From IMG/VR virus record IMGVR_UViG_3300018432_000290, positions 4,010-68,009 of that record: a DNA stretch of 64,000 bases; one strand, 5' to 3'. A program made the position numbers and the translations under genes. The notes below the pieces were generated by a model. The model ran no database searches. It saw nothing but the letters and a program-made list of their open reading frames with translations, and was not told the DNA's origin. Shown piece after piece: positions 54,208 to 63,272 of the stretch (positions are counted from its first letter, which is position 1; each line of letters starts with the position of its first letter). The stretch comes from a virus.

Positions 54208-55500
54208 CTAGGCCGCGGCGCCGAAGCGCAGCGCCGCCAGGGCCCGGGGGTCGTCCGGCACCGCGTCCATCCGGCTGTACGCGAAGTACCCGGTCTGCAT
54301 GAAGTCCGCGTACCGCTCCCCCAGCCGCACGGCCTGGAACCCCTGCACGATGCGCACCAGGTAGCCGGCGAAGAAGTCCCCGAACACCGCCCCGATGCCG
54401 CCCGGCACGTTGCCGGCCAGGCTGTTGTCCACGAAGTACGGGTGGCCGTTGATGGTGGGGGCGAACCCGGGCACGGGGATGGGCACCCACAGCGGGCGCT
54501 CGTCCCCGTCCTTGAGCTTGCGGGCCAGCTTGAGCATCCCGTCGGACAGCATGTACCGGGTGCGGCTGCCGTTGCGGTAGGCCGGATCGATGCTGTGCTC
54601 CAGGTCGATGAACGCGTCGAAGCTCACCGACGGGGTGGCTCCCACCGCGGTGGTGGCCCCCACGATCAGCGGGTCGGTGCCGGCCCCGATACGGCTGGGG
54701 TGCAGCAGCCCCAGCGGCTGACCCACCCCGGTGCCGGTCAGGAACCGGCGGGCGTAGATCCGGCCGATGCGCTCACCGAACTTGCGCACCAGGAACCCGT
54801 CCAGGTCGAACGCGGCGTCCTGGATGAGGCTCCAGGGCACGCGCACCATCTTGGACGTGTAGATGTGGGCCCCGATCTCGCGGGTCTCGAACACCATGTC
54901 CTGCTCGGGGACCTGGGTGTTCTCCGCGATCTCGATGCCCTCGTTCATGGTGTCGTCACTCATCGGCCAGTTCATGACGGCCCCGGTGCTGGTGACGATC
55001 TGGTTGGCGTACTGGAGCAGCCCGCCGAAGTCCTTCATCACCTCCACCACCTGGTCCCGGTACTCCGGGGGGACCAGGTAGCCACCGGCCTGGGGGGTGC
55101 CCTGGCCCAGCGCGCGGGCCTCCACCTTGTTCTCGGCCAGCAGCCGGCGCTGGTCCGGGGTCAGGGCCGCGTCCACCCCCTGGCCCTCGCGCAGGAACGC
55201 GGAGAACGCGGCCCGGTAGGCCTCCGGGGTGCCCCCCTTCACCTCGAGCTCGGGGTCGGTGTGGGCCGGCACCACGGTGGTGCGGTCGTCGCGCCCGCCC
55301 AGCTTGGCCATCTTCTCGGCCCGGGACAGGGCCTCCAGGTCCTTGTCGATCTGCTCGTTGGCCCGGTTCCAGTTCGCGGTGCCCTCCGCGGACCACCCGT
55401 CGTCGCGGGCGTCCTCGGTGGCCTGAATCTCCTGCATGCGCGTGTAGGTCTCCTGGACCTGCTGGCGCGCGCGCTCCACGGGGGTGTCGCTGTCAGCCAC
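54208..55500 (-). CDS. HK97-family major capsid protein
   Basis: GGYLVP, SLIQDAAFDL, GTGVGQPLGLL, LKDGDERPLW, FGDF, ERYAD. Confidence 0.95.
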   Translation of the reverse strand: MADSDTPVERARQQVQETYTRMQEIQATEDARDDGWSAEGTANWNRANEQIDKDLEALSRAEKMAKLGGRDDRTTVVPAHTDPELEVKGGTPEAYRAAFSAFLREGQGVDAALTPDQRRLLAENKVEARALGQGTPQAGGYLVPPEYRDQVVEVMKDFGGLLQYANQIVTSTGAVMNWPMSDDTMNEGIEIAENTQVPEQDMVFETREIGAHIYTSKMVRVPWSLIQDAAFDLDGFLVRKFGERIGRIYARRFLTGTGVGQPLGLLHPSRIGAGTDPLIVGATTAVGATPSVSFDAFIDLEHSIDPAYRNGSRTRYMLSDGMLKLARKLKDGDERPLWVPIPVPGFAPTINGHPYFVDNSLAGNVPGGIGAVFGDFFAGYLVRIVQGFQAVRLGERYADFMQTGYFAYSRMDAVPDDPRALAALRFGAAA

Positions 55501-55513
55501 GGGGTGGCTCCTC

Positions 55514-56467
55514 TCAGGTAGGGATCAGCGCGCGCAGCGAACGCATGCGCGCGTGGGCCCGGTCGGCGTCGGTGGGGGGAGTGGTCTCGGCCGGCTCCCC
55601 GCCGTCGTCGTGGGCCTCGTCCGTCTCACCTGCAGGAGTGGTGTCCACCGGCTCCTCGGTCGGATCGGCACCCGGGGCGGTCCCGGGGGTCTCGGTGCCA
55701 GGCTCGCTGCCTGGCTCGGTGCCCGGCTCTGCCGGGGGGCCGGCGTCGTCGGGGGTGGGGGGACCGGCGGGCTCGGCCGGGGCGGCAGCGTCGCGTGCAG
55801 GAGCCAGCCCGGGACAGAACAGCGACCGGGCCTCCAGCAGGGCACGTCCACCGGTGCGGCGCCCCAGCGCGCTACGCACGGCGGCCACCTCGTCCTCCGC
55901 GCGCACGCGGTCGCGCAGCCCGGCGTCGGTGTCCTCGTACGCGGGGAACGTCACCGCGGACACCTCCACCAGGCGCAGCTCCAGCAGGCGCCGCACCTCC
56001 ACCTCGGCAGAGTTGCCGTCGGACAGCTCCACCTCCTCCGTCCACCACTCGTCCTTGATCACGTAGAACCCGAAGGACATGCCGGTGATGTTCTCGTTGT
56101 CCAGGTTGCGCACCAGGTCGGCCACGTAGGTCACTTCCTGGTCCAGGGCGCTGTCCACGGCCAGCCCGCGGCGGTCCTGGGCCAGCTCCAGCGTGCCGGC
56201 GCTCACCCGGGACACCACGTGGTAGCTGCTGTGGTCGATCAGCATGCGGGCGTCGCCCTCGGCCAGGGTCTTGGTGAAGGCCCCGTCCGCAATCTCCTCG
56301 TAGAACCCCCACGTCAGGGGGTTGCCGATGGCCGTGCGGCTGTTGAACACCGCGGCGTGGCCCTTGAACCGCTGCCCGCCGGCGGGGTCCGCGCGCAGCA
56401 CGATGCCCGCGCTGGCCACGGTGACGCCGCGGCGGTCGCAGGTCGACTCGGGGGTGATGGTGGACAT
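55514..56467 (-). CDS. HK97-family prohead protease
   Basis: FKGHAAVFN, EEIADGAF, GMSFGF, LVEVSAVTFPAYEDT. Confidence 0.95.
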   Translation of the reverse strand: MSTITPESTCDRRGVTVASAGIVLRADPAGGQRFKGHAAVFNSRTAIGNPLTWGFYEEIADGAFTKTLAEGDARMLIDHSSYHVVSRVSAGTLELAQDRRGLAVDSALDQEVTYVADLVRNLDNENITGMSFGFYVIKDEWWTEEVELSDGNSAEVEVRRLLELRLVEVSAVTFPAYEDTDAGLRDRVRAEDEVAAVRSALGRRTGGRALLEARSLFCPGLAPARDAAAPAEPAGPPTPDDAGPPAEPGTEPGSEPGTETPGTAPGADPTEEPVDTTPAGETDEAHDDGGEPAETTPPTDADRAHARMRSLRALIPT

Positions 56468-56479
56468 GGGGTGTCTCCC

Positions 56480-57778
56480 CTACTCGTCGGGGTCGTCGGG
56501 GTCGGGGGCTGGCGCCGGCGACGGCAGGGCAGGTGGGGGTTCCGGTTCCGGTTCGGGGGGCTCGCCGAGCACCCCCATGTTCAGCGGCTGCAACGGCACG
56601 TCCCCGCCCTCGATGGGGGGCAGCCCCTCCATGGCCCGGGCCTCGTTGGCCGTCAACCCGGCCCACTGGCGCATGAACGCGTAGTAGCCCCCTCGAGCGG
56701 CGCTGTCCCCGCGCAGCAGCCGCTCCCGGCGGTACCGGGCCTCCTGGGGGCCGGTGAGCAGGTCCATGCTCACGGCCTGCTCGGTGGGGGTCAGCCACTG
56801 GGGGCCCAGGTCGTAGGTGGAGAACCCGATGGACTGCTGCTCCAGCCCGGTGCCCCAGCTGGTGGACTTCTCGGTCTCGTACAGCAGGAACGGGGGCACC
56901 CCGAACCACCGCCCAATCTCGGGCACCTGGAAGTGGCGGGACTCCAGGAACTGGGCGTCGTCGTTGGGCATGGTCAGGGACTGGAACTCTGCCCCGCTGT
57001 CCAGCACGGCAATGTCGTGGGCGTTCTTCTTGCCCAGCACCTTGTCCCGCCAGCGCTCCTGCAACGTCTCGGCCTGATCTTGCTTGAGCCGCCCCTCGGT
57101 CTTGATGAACCCGCTCAGCAGGTTGCCGGACCCGAACAGCTTGGCCGCGTGGGCCTCCGCGGCCAGCCCCATCCCGATGGCCTGTTTGGCCAGGCTGATG
57201 GGGGACACCCCGGCCACCCCGTCGAACCCCAGGTGCGGCACGTGGAACACCTCACGGCTGGTCCAGTCCCGCCGGTCCCCGTCGTCTCCCAGTACCTCGT
57301 ACACCCGCCCGCTGGGGTTCAGGTCGTTGGGGGTGGCCTGGCCGGGGGTGACCCGGTCCGGGCGGATGGGCCACAGCTCGATGGGGAACCCCACCCGGTT
57401 GCGGATGATCTGGGCGTAGCTGTTGCCCCACAGCGCGCGATGGCAGTACAGGGTGCGCCAGAAGTGGCTGGGGGTCTTGCCCGGGCAAGGGGCGGCCAAC
57501 AGCCGAGCTCCGGGGGTGTTGACCTTGATGGGGTCAAACGTCCCCTTGGTGTAGGCCACCAGCGGCAGCTCCCCGCCCAGCCCCGCGATCAAGGCCACGC
57601 ACCGGTACACGGCGCTCATGGCCAGGGACCCGGTGGGGGTGACGGGCACCCCGGAGTCGTTGGCCATGTCCCCGGCCTTGAACCACTCCAGCAGCTTGGC
57701 CCCGGTCAGCGGGTTGCCGGGGTTGTTCAACCCCCCCAGCCCCACGGCCTCGCGGTGGGCGGAACGGAACAGCGTCAC
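56480..57778 (-). CDS. HK97-family portal protein
   Basis: AVYRCVALIA, LWGNSY, GVSPI, DAQFLESRHF..IGRWFGVPP, TANEARAMEGLPP. Confidence 0.95.
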   Translation of the reverse strand: MTLFRSAHREAVGLGGLNNPGNPLTGAKLLEWFKAGDMANDSGVPVTPTGSLAMSAVYRCVALIAGLGGELPLVAYTKGTFDPIKVNTPGARLLAAPCPGKTPSHFWRTLYCHRALWGNSYAQIIRNRVGFPIELWPIRPDRVTPGQATPNDLNPSGRVYEVLGDDGDRRDWTSREVFHVPHLGFDGVAGVSPISLAKQAIGMGLAAEAHAAKLFGSGNLLSGFIKTEGRLKQDQAETLQERWRDKVLGKKNAHDIAVLDSGAEFQSLTMPNDDAQFLESRHFQVPEIGRWFGVPPFLLYETEKSTSWGTGLEQQSIGFSTYDLGPQWLTPTEQAVSMDLLTGPQEARYRRERLLRGDSAARGGYYAFMRQWAGLTANEARAMEGLPPIEGGDVPLQPLNMGVLGEPPEPEPEPPPALPSPAPAPDPDDPDE

Positions 57779-57981
57779 AGCCGATCACCCGGGGGCTGGC
57801 CGGCGGCCCGTAGCCGCACCGTGGCGCGCACCTGGAGCCGGCGGTCGGCCAGCTCGGCGGTCACGATCACCACCAGCCCACCCACCACCAGCGCGGCCGG
57901 CACGGACCACAGCGCGATCCCGACCACCAGGGCCGCCAGTCCGACGAGCTGGAGCAGGGTCAACCACACGGAGAGGTGCAC
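57775..57981 (-). CDS. Small membrane protein between terminase and portal
   Basis: Two hydrophobic segments. Confidence 0.6.
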   Translation of the reverse strand: MHLSVWLTLLQLVGLAALVVGIALWSVPAALVVGGLVVIVTAELADRRLQVRATVRLRAAGQPPGDRL

Positions 57982-57994
57982 CAGGCGCCTCCTC

Positions 57995-59686
57995 TCACCA
58001 CAGGTTGGGCACCACGGCCGGCTGGGCTGCTCGGCCCTTCCAGGCCCCCACGGCCATGCTGGCCGTGGGCACCCCGTCGATGCGCTTGCCGGTCGCGTGC
58101 CGCTCGGGCTTGTCGGGCCTGATCAGCTCCGGATCGTAGGGGGCGCGCCTGGCCTCGACGTTGTCGAAACACCAGCGGGCCACCGGGTTCCCGTGGTGGC
58201 GTAGACCGTCGGTCACCACCAGGTCCATCAGGGACGTCATGCCCGGGGTCATGGCCGTGTAGGTCTGGGACAGGGTGACGGGCTCCAGCCCGCACCGTTC
58301 CCCGATGGCCTGCACCACCGGGTCCAGGCTCCAGCGGTCCGCGTCCACGCTCAGAATGTCGAAGCGCTCGGCGTCGGCCTCGATGGCCTCGTACACCTTC
58401 TCGTAGTCCAGCACGTTGCCGTCGGTGACCTCGATCCACCCGGCGCGCACCCACCGCAGCACCTTGCCGTCGTTGCGCCTGTCCAGCTCCGGCAGGGCGG
58501 CCTCCGGTAGCCAGAACCGCCACAGCACGTCGCAGGCCAGCTCGTCCTCATCCGGGAACACCAGGCACCAGGCCGTCAGGTCCTGGCGCGCGGCCAGGTC
58601 CAGCCCGGCGTAGCACTCCCGCCCGGTCAGGGCGTCCAGGCGGTAGGCCGGGTCCAGCCAGGGCTCCCCGGGCTGGCGGTCGTACAGGTGCATGGGCATC
58701 CACCGGGTGGCCTGGGCCACCCACTGGTTGAGCCGGTACTGACGGAAGCTGTTCTCCGAGGCCGGGTCGTTCTTGGCCTCGAGCGCTTCCTCCCGCAGGG
58801 CCCGCAAGGACAGGAAGCGCCCCAGCGCGGGGTTGGACAGCTTCCAGTTGCGCTCATCCCACGGGTCCGCGTCCATGGGCACGTTGCGCAGGTAGACGAA
58901 CACGTGAGGAGCGCGGGACGGGTCGTCCTCGATGCGCTGCATCTCGCTGTGCATGCCGGCCGCGAACTTGGCGTCCGTGGTGCCGGCGGTGGTGGCGGCC
59001 ACCATCAGGGGCTGGCGGCGGGCCCCCATGCCGGTGCGCATGGCGTCCCACATGGACCGGTCGCGCCAGGCCAGGATCTCGTCCGCGGCCACCCCGCTGG
59101 GGTTGGACCCCAACGCGCCGGCGGCGTCGGCGGCGATCACGGCGTACACCCCGCCGTGCTTGGCGTCCACGATGCGCCGGTTGTGCTCCTTGACCTGCAA
59201 CCGCTTACGCAGCAGGGGGGACAGCTTGACCATGTCCATGGCCACGTTGAACGCCAGCGCGGCCTGGTCCTTGTCCCGGGCCACCCCGTACAGCTCCGCG
59301 CCGCCCTGGTACTCCCCCACCAGCAGGTACAGCATGATGGCGGCCAGCAGCTCGGTCTTGCCGTTCTTGCGGGCAATCTCGATCCACGCGATGCGGTACT
59401 GGCGCACGTACCCGTGCACGCCGCCCTCGGTGGACCACACCACCCGCCCGAACAGCGGGCGGATGATGTCCCGCCACTGCCAGAGCTCCAGCACGAACGG
59501 GCGTCCGCGCCACGTGTCCTTGGTGTGGACCAGCACCTGCTCGATGAACCCGCGCACGTGGTTGGCCCGCGGATCGCACAGGTGGTCCCCGCGCTTACGG
59601 CAGGTGCGCCCGTCCAGGGCGTACCCGCACTCCGGGAGGCGGGGTGCGGTCTTGCGCCGGCGGCGCGGGGGGGCGGGGGCGGCCAC
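57995..59686 (-). CDS. terL: Terminase large subunit
   Basis: IARKNGKT, ADEI, ATTAG, YAGLDLA, KRIDG. Confidence 0.95.
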   Translation of the reverse strand: MAAPAPPRRRRKTAPRLPECGYALDGRTCRKRGDHLCDPRANHVRGFIEQVLVHTKDTWRGRPFVLELWQWRDIIRPLFGRVVWSTEGGVHGYVRQYRIAWIEIARKNGKTELLAAIMLYLLVGEYQGGAELYGVARDKDQAALAFNVAMDMVKLSPLLRKRLQVKEHNRRIVDAKHGGVYAVIAADAAGALGSNPSGVAADEILAWRDRSMWDAMRTGMGARRQPLMVAATTAGTTDAKFAAGMHSEMQRIEDDPSRAPHVFVYLRNVPMDADPWDERNWKLSNPALGRFLSLRALREEALEAKNDPASENSFRQYRLNQWVAQATRWMPMHLYDRQPGEPWLDPAYRLDALTGRECYAGLDLAARQDLTAWCLVFPDEDELACDVLWRFWLPEAALPELDRRNDGKVLRWVRAGWIEVTDGNVLDYEKVYEAIEADAERFDILSVDADRWSLDPVVQAIGERCGLEPVTLSQTYTAMTPGMTSLMDLVVTDGLRHHGNPVARWCFDNVEARRAPYDPELIRPDKPERHATGKRIDGVPTASMAVGAWKGRAAQPAVVPNLW

Positions 59687-59692
59687 GGTGGC

Positions 59693-60160
59693 CTAGCTCA
59701 GGAACCGCTCGGCCCCTGTGCCGGTGGGGCGCTCGCGGTCCAGCCCCAGCTGGGTGCGCGCGCTGGGCGTCAGCCCGAACTCCCGGGCCAGGATCAGCAG
59801 GGTGTTGGCCGTGTCCCGCTGGATCTGGAGGGCGGGGTTGCGCACGTAGTTGCCGTGCAGACCCTGCACCAGCACCCCGCTGGAGCGCAGCACCGCGCTG
59901 GCCCGGCGGTGCTGGACCACGGCCTCGCAGTAGGCCCGCAGCACCTCCGCGTCCGGGGGTGCCCCCAGCCCCATCCCCTCCAGCTGGGCCACGGTCTTGT
60001 CCCACACGGCCTGCACCTCGTCGGACACGGCCCGGGGCCCGGCGTCCAGCTCCAGGGGCCCCTCCTCGGGCACGGGCTCCTCGGTGGGCACGCGGTCCGG
60101 GCGGGTGCCCTTGAGCAGCTTGAGCGGGGTGGGTTCGGACTTGGGTCCTCGTCGTCCCAT
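59693..60160 (-). CDS. terS: Terminase small subunit (P27 family)
   Basis: GRRGPK.EPT.LKLL.G, YCEA, RNPA, EFGLTPSAR. Confidence 0.92.
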   Translation of the reverse strand: MGRRGPKSEPTPLKLLKGTRPDRVPTEEPVPEEGPLELDAGPRAVSDEVQAVWDKTVAQLEGMGLGAPPDAEVLRAYCEAVVQHRRASAVLRSSGVLVQGLHGNYVRNPALQIQRDTANTLLILAREFGLTPSARTQLGLDRERPTGTGAERFLS

Positions 60161-60172
60161 GGCGGGTCCCCC

Positions 60173-60760
60173 CTATCTCGGCGCGGCCGCGGCGGCGGCG
60201 CGGTGCTCGGCCAGGACCTCGAAGGCCCCGTGGGCCCCGTCGGTCCAGTCCCCGGTCCAGGACGTGGTCATGGTGCGGGCGGTGCTCTGGCGCACCCCGC
60301 GGTGGCTCATGCACCCGTGCTCGGCCGTGATGACGCACCCGGCGGCGCGGGGGGCCAGCACCTTGTCCAGGGCGGCCACCACCTGGCTGCCGATGGTCTC
60401 CTGCACCTGGAGCCGCCGCGCGTACCCGTCCACCACGCGGGCCAGCTTGGACAGCCCCACGATGGGGTCCCCGGGGTGGGGCAGGTAGGCCACGGTGGCC
60501 AGCCCCCGGATGGGCAGCAGGTGGTGGGCGCACGTGCTCTGGACCTCGATGCCGGTCACCATCACCACCCCGGGGTTCTCCGGGCCGGGGAAGGTGCGCA
60601 GCAGGTGGTCCCGGGGGTCCTCCTCGTACCCGGTCAGGGCCTCGGCCCAGGCCCGGGCCACGCGCTGGGGGGTGTCCGCGGTGTGCTGGTCCACCGGCAC
60701 CCCCAGGGCCTCCAGCAGGTCGATCACTGCGGCCCCGGCGCGCAACGCGTCCACGCTCAC
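60173..60760 (-). CDS. folE: GTP cyclohydrolase I
   Basis: TPQRVAR, STCAHHLLP, IVGLSKLARVV..ARRLQVQE, AEHGCMSHRGV. Confidence 0.93.
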   Translation of the reverse strand: MSVDALRAGAAVIDLLEALGVPVDQHTADTPQRVARAWAEALTGYEEDPRDHLLRTFPGPENPGVVMVTGIEVQSTCAHHLLPIRGLATVAYLPHPGDPIVGLSKLARVVDGYARRLQVQETIGSQVVAALDKVLAPRAAGCVITAEHGCMSHRGVRQSTARTMTTSWTGDWTDGAHGAFEVLAEHRAAAAAAPR

Positions 60761-61506
60761 CGGCCGCGCTCCTGACCCCAGGCCAGCGTGTGCAGGCGGT
60801 GGGACACGTTGAGCCCCAGGGCCACGGCGGCGGTGGCCACCGGGGGGAACGTCACGGCCAGCCGCTCGGCGGAGGTCCCTTCCGGCATCACCCACACCCG
60901 GGACAGCGGCCACCCCACCTCCCCTGCCCAGGCGGCCACCCGCTCCACGTCCCCGGCGTCCAGGCACACCACCTTGGCGTGGGCGTCCTGGGCCCGGGCC
61001 AGCACCGGCCACCCGGGGGCCAGCCCGGGGTCCTGGTGTCCGCGGTGGGGGCCGGCGTTGGGCAGCTTGGGACTGACCACCCACGTGTCCACCAGGTCCA
61101 GGCACCACACGGGCGGGGTGATGGTCCCGTTGGTCTCCACCTGCACGGCGGTGTGCTGGCCCTCCAGCAGCAGCAGCAGGTCGTGCAGCGGACCCCCGTA
61201 GCTCAGCTGCAACAGCGGCTCCCCGCCGGTGAGCACCACCAGCCCCGCGTCCTCGAGCGAGCGGGCCACGGCGCTGGCACTGACCAGCTTGGTCTCCGCG
61301 TGCAGGTCATGGCGTGTGGCGTCCCAGGTGTAGCTGGTGTCGCACCAGCTGCAGCTCAGGTTGCACCCCATCAGGCGCACGAACCACGCCACCCGGCCGG
61401 TCAGGGGCCCCTCCCCCTGCATGGTGGGGCCGAACACCTCGGACACGCGCAGGGCCTGGACCCCGGCATCCCGCACCCCGGAGGTCGACCCGGGCGTCTG
61501 GGTCAC
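60757..61506 (-). CDS. queE: 7-carboxy-7-deazaguanine synthase (radical SAM)
   Basis: TMQGEG, CNLSCSWCDT, LTGGEPLLQ, VETNGT, VVSPKL. Confidence 0.93.
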   Translation of the reverse strand: MTQTPGSTSGVRDAGVQALRVSEVFGPTMQGEGPLTGRVAWFVRLMGCNLSCSWCDTSYTWDATRHDLHAETKLVSASAVARSLEDAGLVVLTGGEPLLQLSYGGPLHDLLLLLEGQHTAVQVETNGTITPPVWCLDLVDTWVVSPKLPNAGPHRGHQDPGLAPGWPVLARAQDAHAKVVCLDAGDVERVAAWAGEVGWPLSRVWVMPEGTSAERLAVTFPPVATAAVALGLNVSHRLHTLAWGQERGR

Positions 61507-61877
61507 GGGGTCCACACCGCGCTGCTCTTGGCGGTCTCGGACACGGCCACACTGGCCACCGTCACCCCGGTGGGCAGCTCCAGCAGGGACGGGACCACCC
61601 ACCTCCCCACGTGCTCGGCCAGGTTCTCGCTGGTGGGGATCACGGTGGGCAGCTGGTGGTTGAGCAGCTGGTGGTCCAGGGTCTCGTCCACCCACTTCTT
61701 GATCGGGGCCATGTCCCGGAAGTCCAGCACGAACCCGGGGCCGGCCAGGGTGTCGGCGGTCAGGGCCACCGTCAGCTGGTAGCTGTGCCCGTGGGTGCGG
61801 GAGCAGGGATGGTCCTCGGCCAGCCCCGGTAGGTAGTGGGCGGCCTCGAACAGGAACGTCTTGGCGACGGTGTGCAT
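61503..61877 (-). CDS. queD: 6-carboxytetrahydropterin synthase
   Basis: FEAAHYL, CSRTHGHSY, LDHQLLN, PTSENLA, VSET. Confidence 0.95.
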   Translation of the reverse strand: MHTVAKTFLFEAAHYLPGLAEDHPCSRTHGHSYQLTVALTADTLAGPGFVLDFRDMAPIKKWVDETLDHQLLNHQLPTVIPTSENLAEHVGRWVVPSLLELPTGVTVASVAVSETAKSSAVWTP

Positions 61878-61879
61878 GG

Positions 61880-62299
61880 TCAGCTGGCCTTCCGCACGGT
61901 GTACCGGGTGGTGCCCTCGTCATGGCCCACGTCGTCCAGCACCCCCTGGACGTCCAGGTGCAGAGCCTGGAGGTAGTACCGCCCGCCCCACGGTTCCCAC
62001 TCCGGGGCCACCCACCCGTCCAGGGCGTGGAACAGCTCCCAGGCCACCGTCTCGTTGGTGGCGTCCCGGAAGATGGGGCGGGTGAGCTCGCGCAGCCGGG
62101 CGCGCAGGGCGTCGTTGGTGGCCTTGAGCGAGGGGTACCCGTGCCCGGCCGGGGCCGCGTACTCCAGGGTGACGGCCCCGGTGTGGTGGTGCCCGCGCAG
62201 CCCCATGGCCGTGTTGACGTTGCCGAAGAACACCGGCAGCGGGCCCACCGTCACGGACAGGCGGCACTCCATCTGGTCGGTGATGCCGTGGACGCTCAT
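61880..62299 (-). CDS. Second QueD-like T-fold protein (DpdL-like candidate)
   Basis: His cluster GHHH without the upstream Cys; TNETVA resembles QueD TSENLA; lies between dpdA-like and queD. Confidence 0.5.
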   Translation of the reverse strand: MSVHGITDQMECRLSVTVGPLPVFFGNVNTAMGLRGHHHTGAVTLEYAAPAGHGYPSLKATNDALRARLRELTRPIFRDATNETVAWELFHALDGWVAPEWEPWGGRYYLQALHLDVQGVLDDVGHDEGTTRYTVRKAS

Positions 62300-63252
62300 G
62301 CGGTCTCCCGCGCGATGCTGCGCGCTGCCTCGTAGGTCCAGCGGAGGCTGCTGTCCGCCAGGTACAGGTGCAGGCCGCCGGCGTGGCGCACGTGGCCGGC
62401 GGTGCTCCCCTCGGCCAGGAAGATGTTCAGCCCGGGGGCGTCGTCGCTGGCGCGCACCACGCGGTCGTGCTGGACGGTGCCGGGTGGGGGGTACCCCTTA
62501 CCCGGGGGGAGCGCGATGGGTCCGTGCACGGCGCGCAGGGCGTCCGCAGCGCGGTACTGGGCGATGGCGCACGCCCCGGCCACCACGTTGCGGTCATACC
62601 CCCCGCGGGTCATGGCCTTGACGGGGATGGCGTAGGCCTCCAGCGCGTCCCGGTGGCGGGAGACGCTCTTGCGGTTGCCCAGCATCACGTTCACCCACCG
62701 CCCCTGGTGGAACAGCTTGAGCGCCCCGTACCGCACGCCGCTGCCCCAGCTCGAGGAGTCCACGCTGTAGAACGGGAACTCCCGCAGCAGCTGGTGCACG
62801 GTCAGCCCGAACCCGTGGAACACCGCCGTGCCCTGGGCCATGCGGAAGCACTTCTCCAGCCACGGGCGCAGGCTCTTGACCGGGTTGCCCAGCAGCTTGC
62901 CCAGGGCGATGTACGTGTACCCCTCGGACAGGTAGCGCTCCAGCGCGCGGAAGGACTCCCCCGTGTGGAACACCGGCATGGGGTGCAGCCCGTGCACGTC
63001 CTCCAGCCGGCGCTGGTTGCGCCACGTGGCCTCCGCGGCCCAGATCACGTCCAGGTTGGCATAGATGGTGAACCACGGGGACCAGCGCTTGATCCACCGG
63101 GCGTAGTCGTCCAGCTCGATGTGCCCCCCCAGGGTGCGCGCACTGTGCGCCCCGCTGTCCGCGAAGAAGCGCAGCCGGGGAACCTCCAGTCCCCCCAGGA
63201 ACTCGTCCATGGGCAACCGGCGGGCGTAGTAGTAGCTCCACAGCAGGCTCAT
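62296..63252 (-). CDS. dpdA: DpdA-like DNA 7-deazaguanine transglycosylase (TGT fold)
   Basis: FFADSGAHS, ANLDVI, MPVFH, YIALG, FHGFG, SVDSSSW; clustered with queD/queE/folE. Confidence 0.8.
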   Translation of the reverse strand: MSLLWSYYYARRLPMDEFLGGLEVPRLRFFADSGAHSARTLGGHIELDDYARWIKRWSPWFTIYANLDVIWAAEATWRNQRRLEDVHGLHPMPVFHTGESFRALERYLSEGYTYIALGKLLGNPVKSLRPWLEKCFRMAQGTAVFHGFGLTVHQLLREFPFYSVDSSSWGSGVRYGALKLFHQGRWVNVMLGNRKSVSRHRDALEAYAIPVKAMTRGGYDRNVVAGACAIAQYRAADALRAVHGPIALPPGKGYPPPGTVQHDRVVRASDDAPGLNIFLAEGSTAGHVRHAGGLHLYLADSSLRWTYEAARSIARETA

Positions 63253-63272
63253 GGCCGGAGCCCCGGGATGGG

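Noticed and set aside
62296-63252. tRNA-guanine transglycosylase for queuosine tRNA modification
   Set aside because: Lacks the C-terminal zinc-binding Cys motif of bacterial Tgt and sits beside the terminase; DNA modification is more plausible
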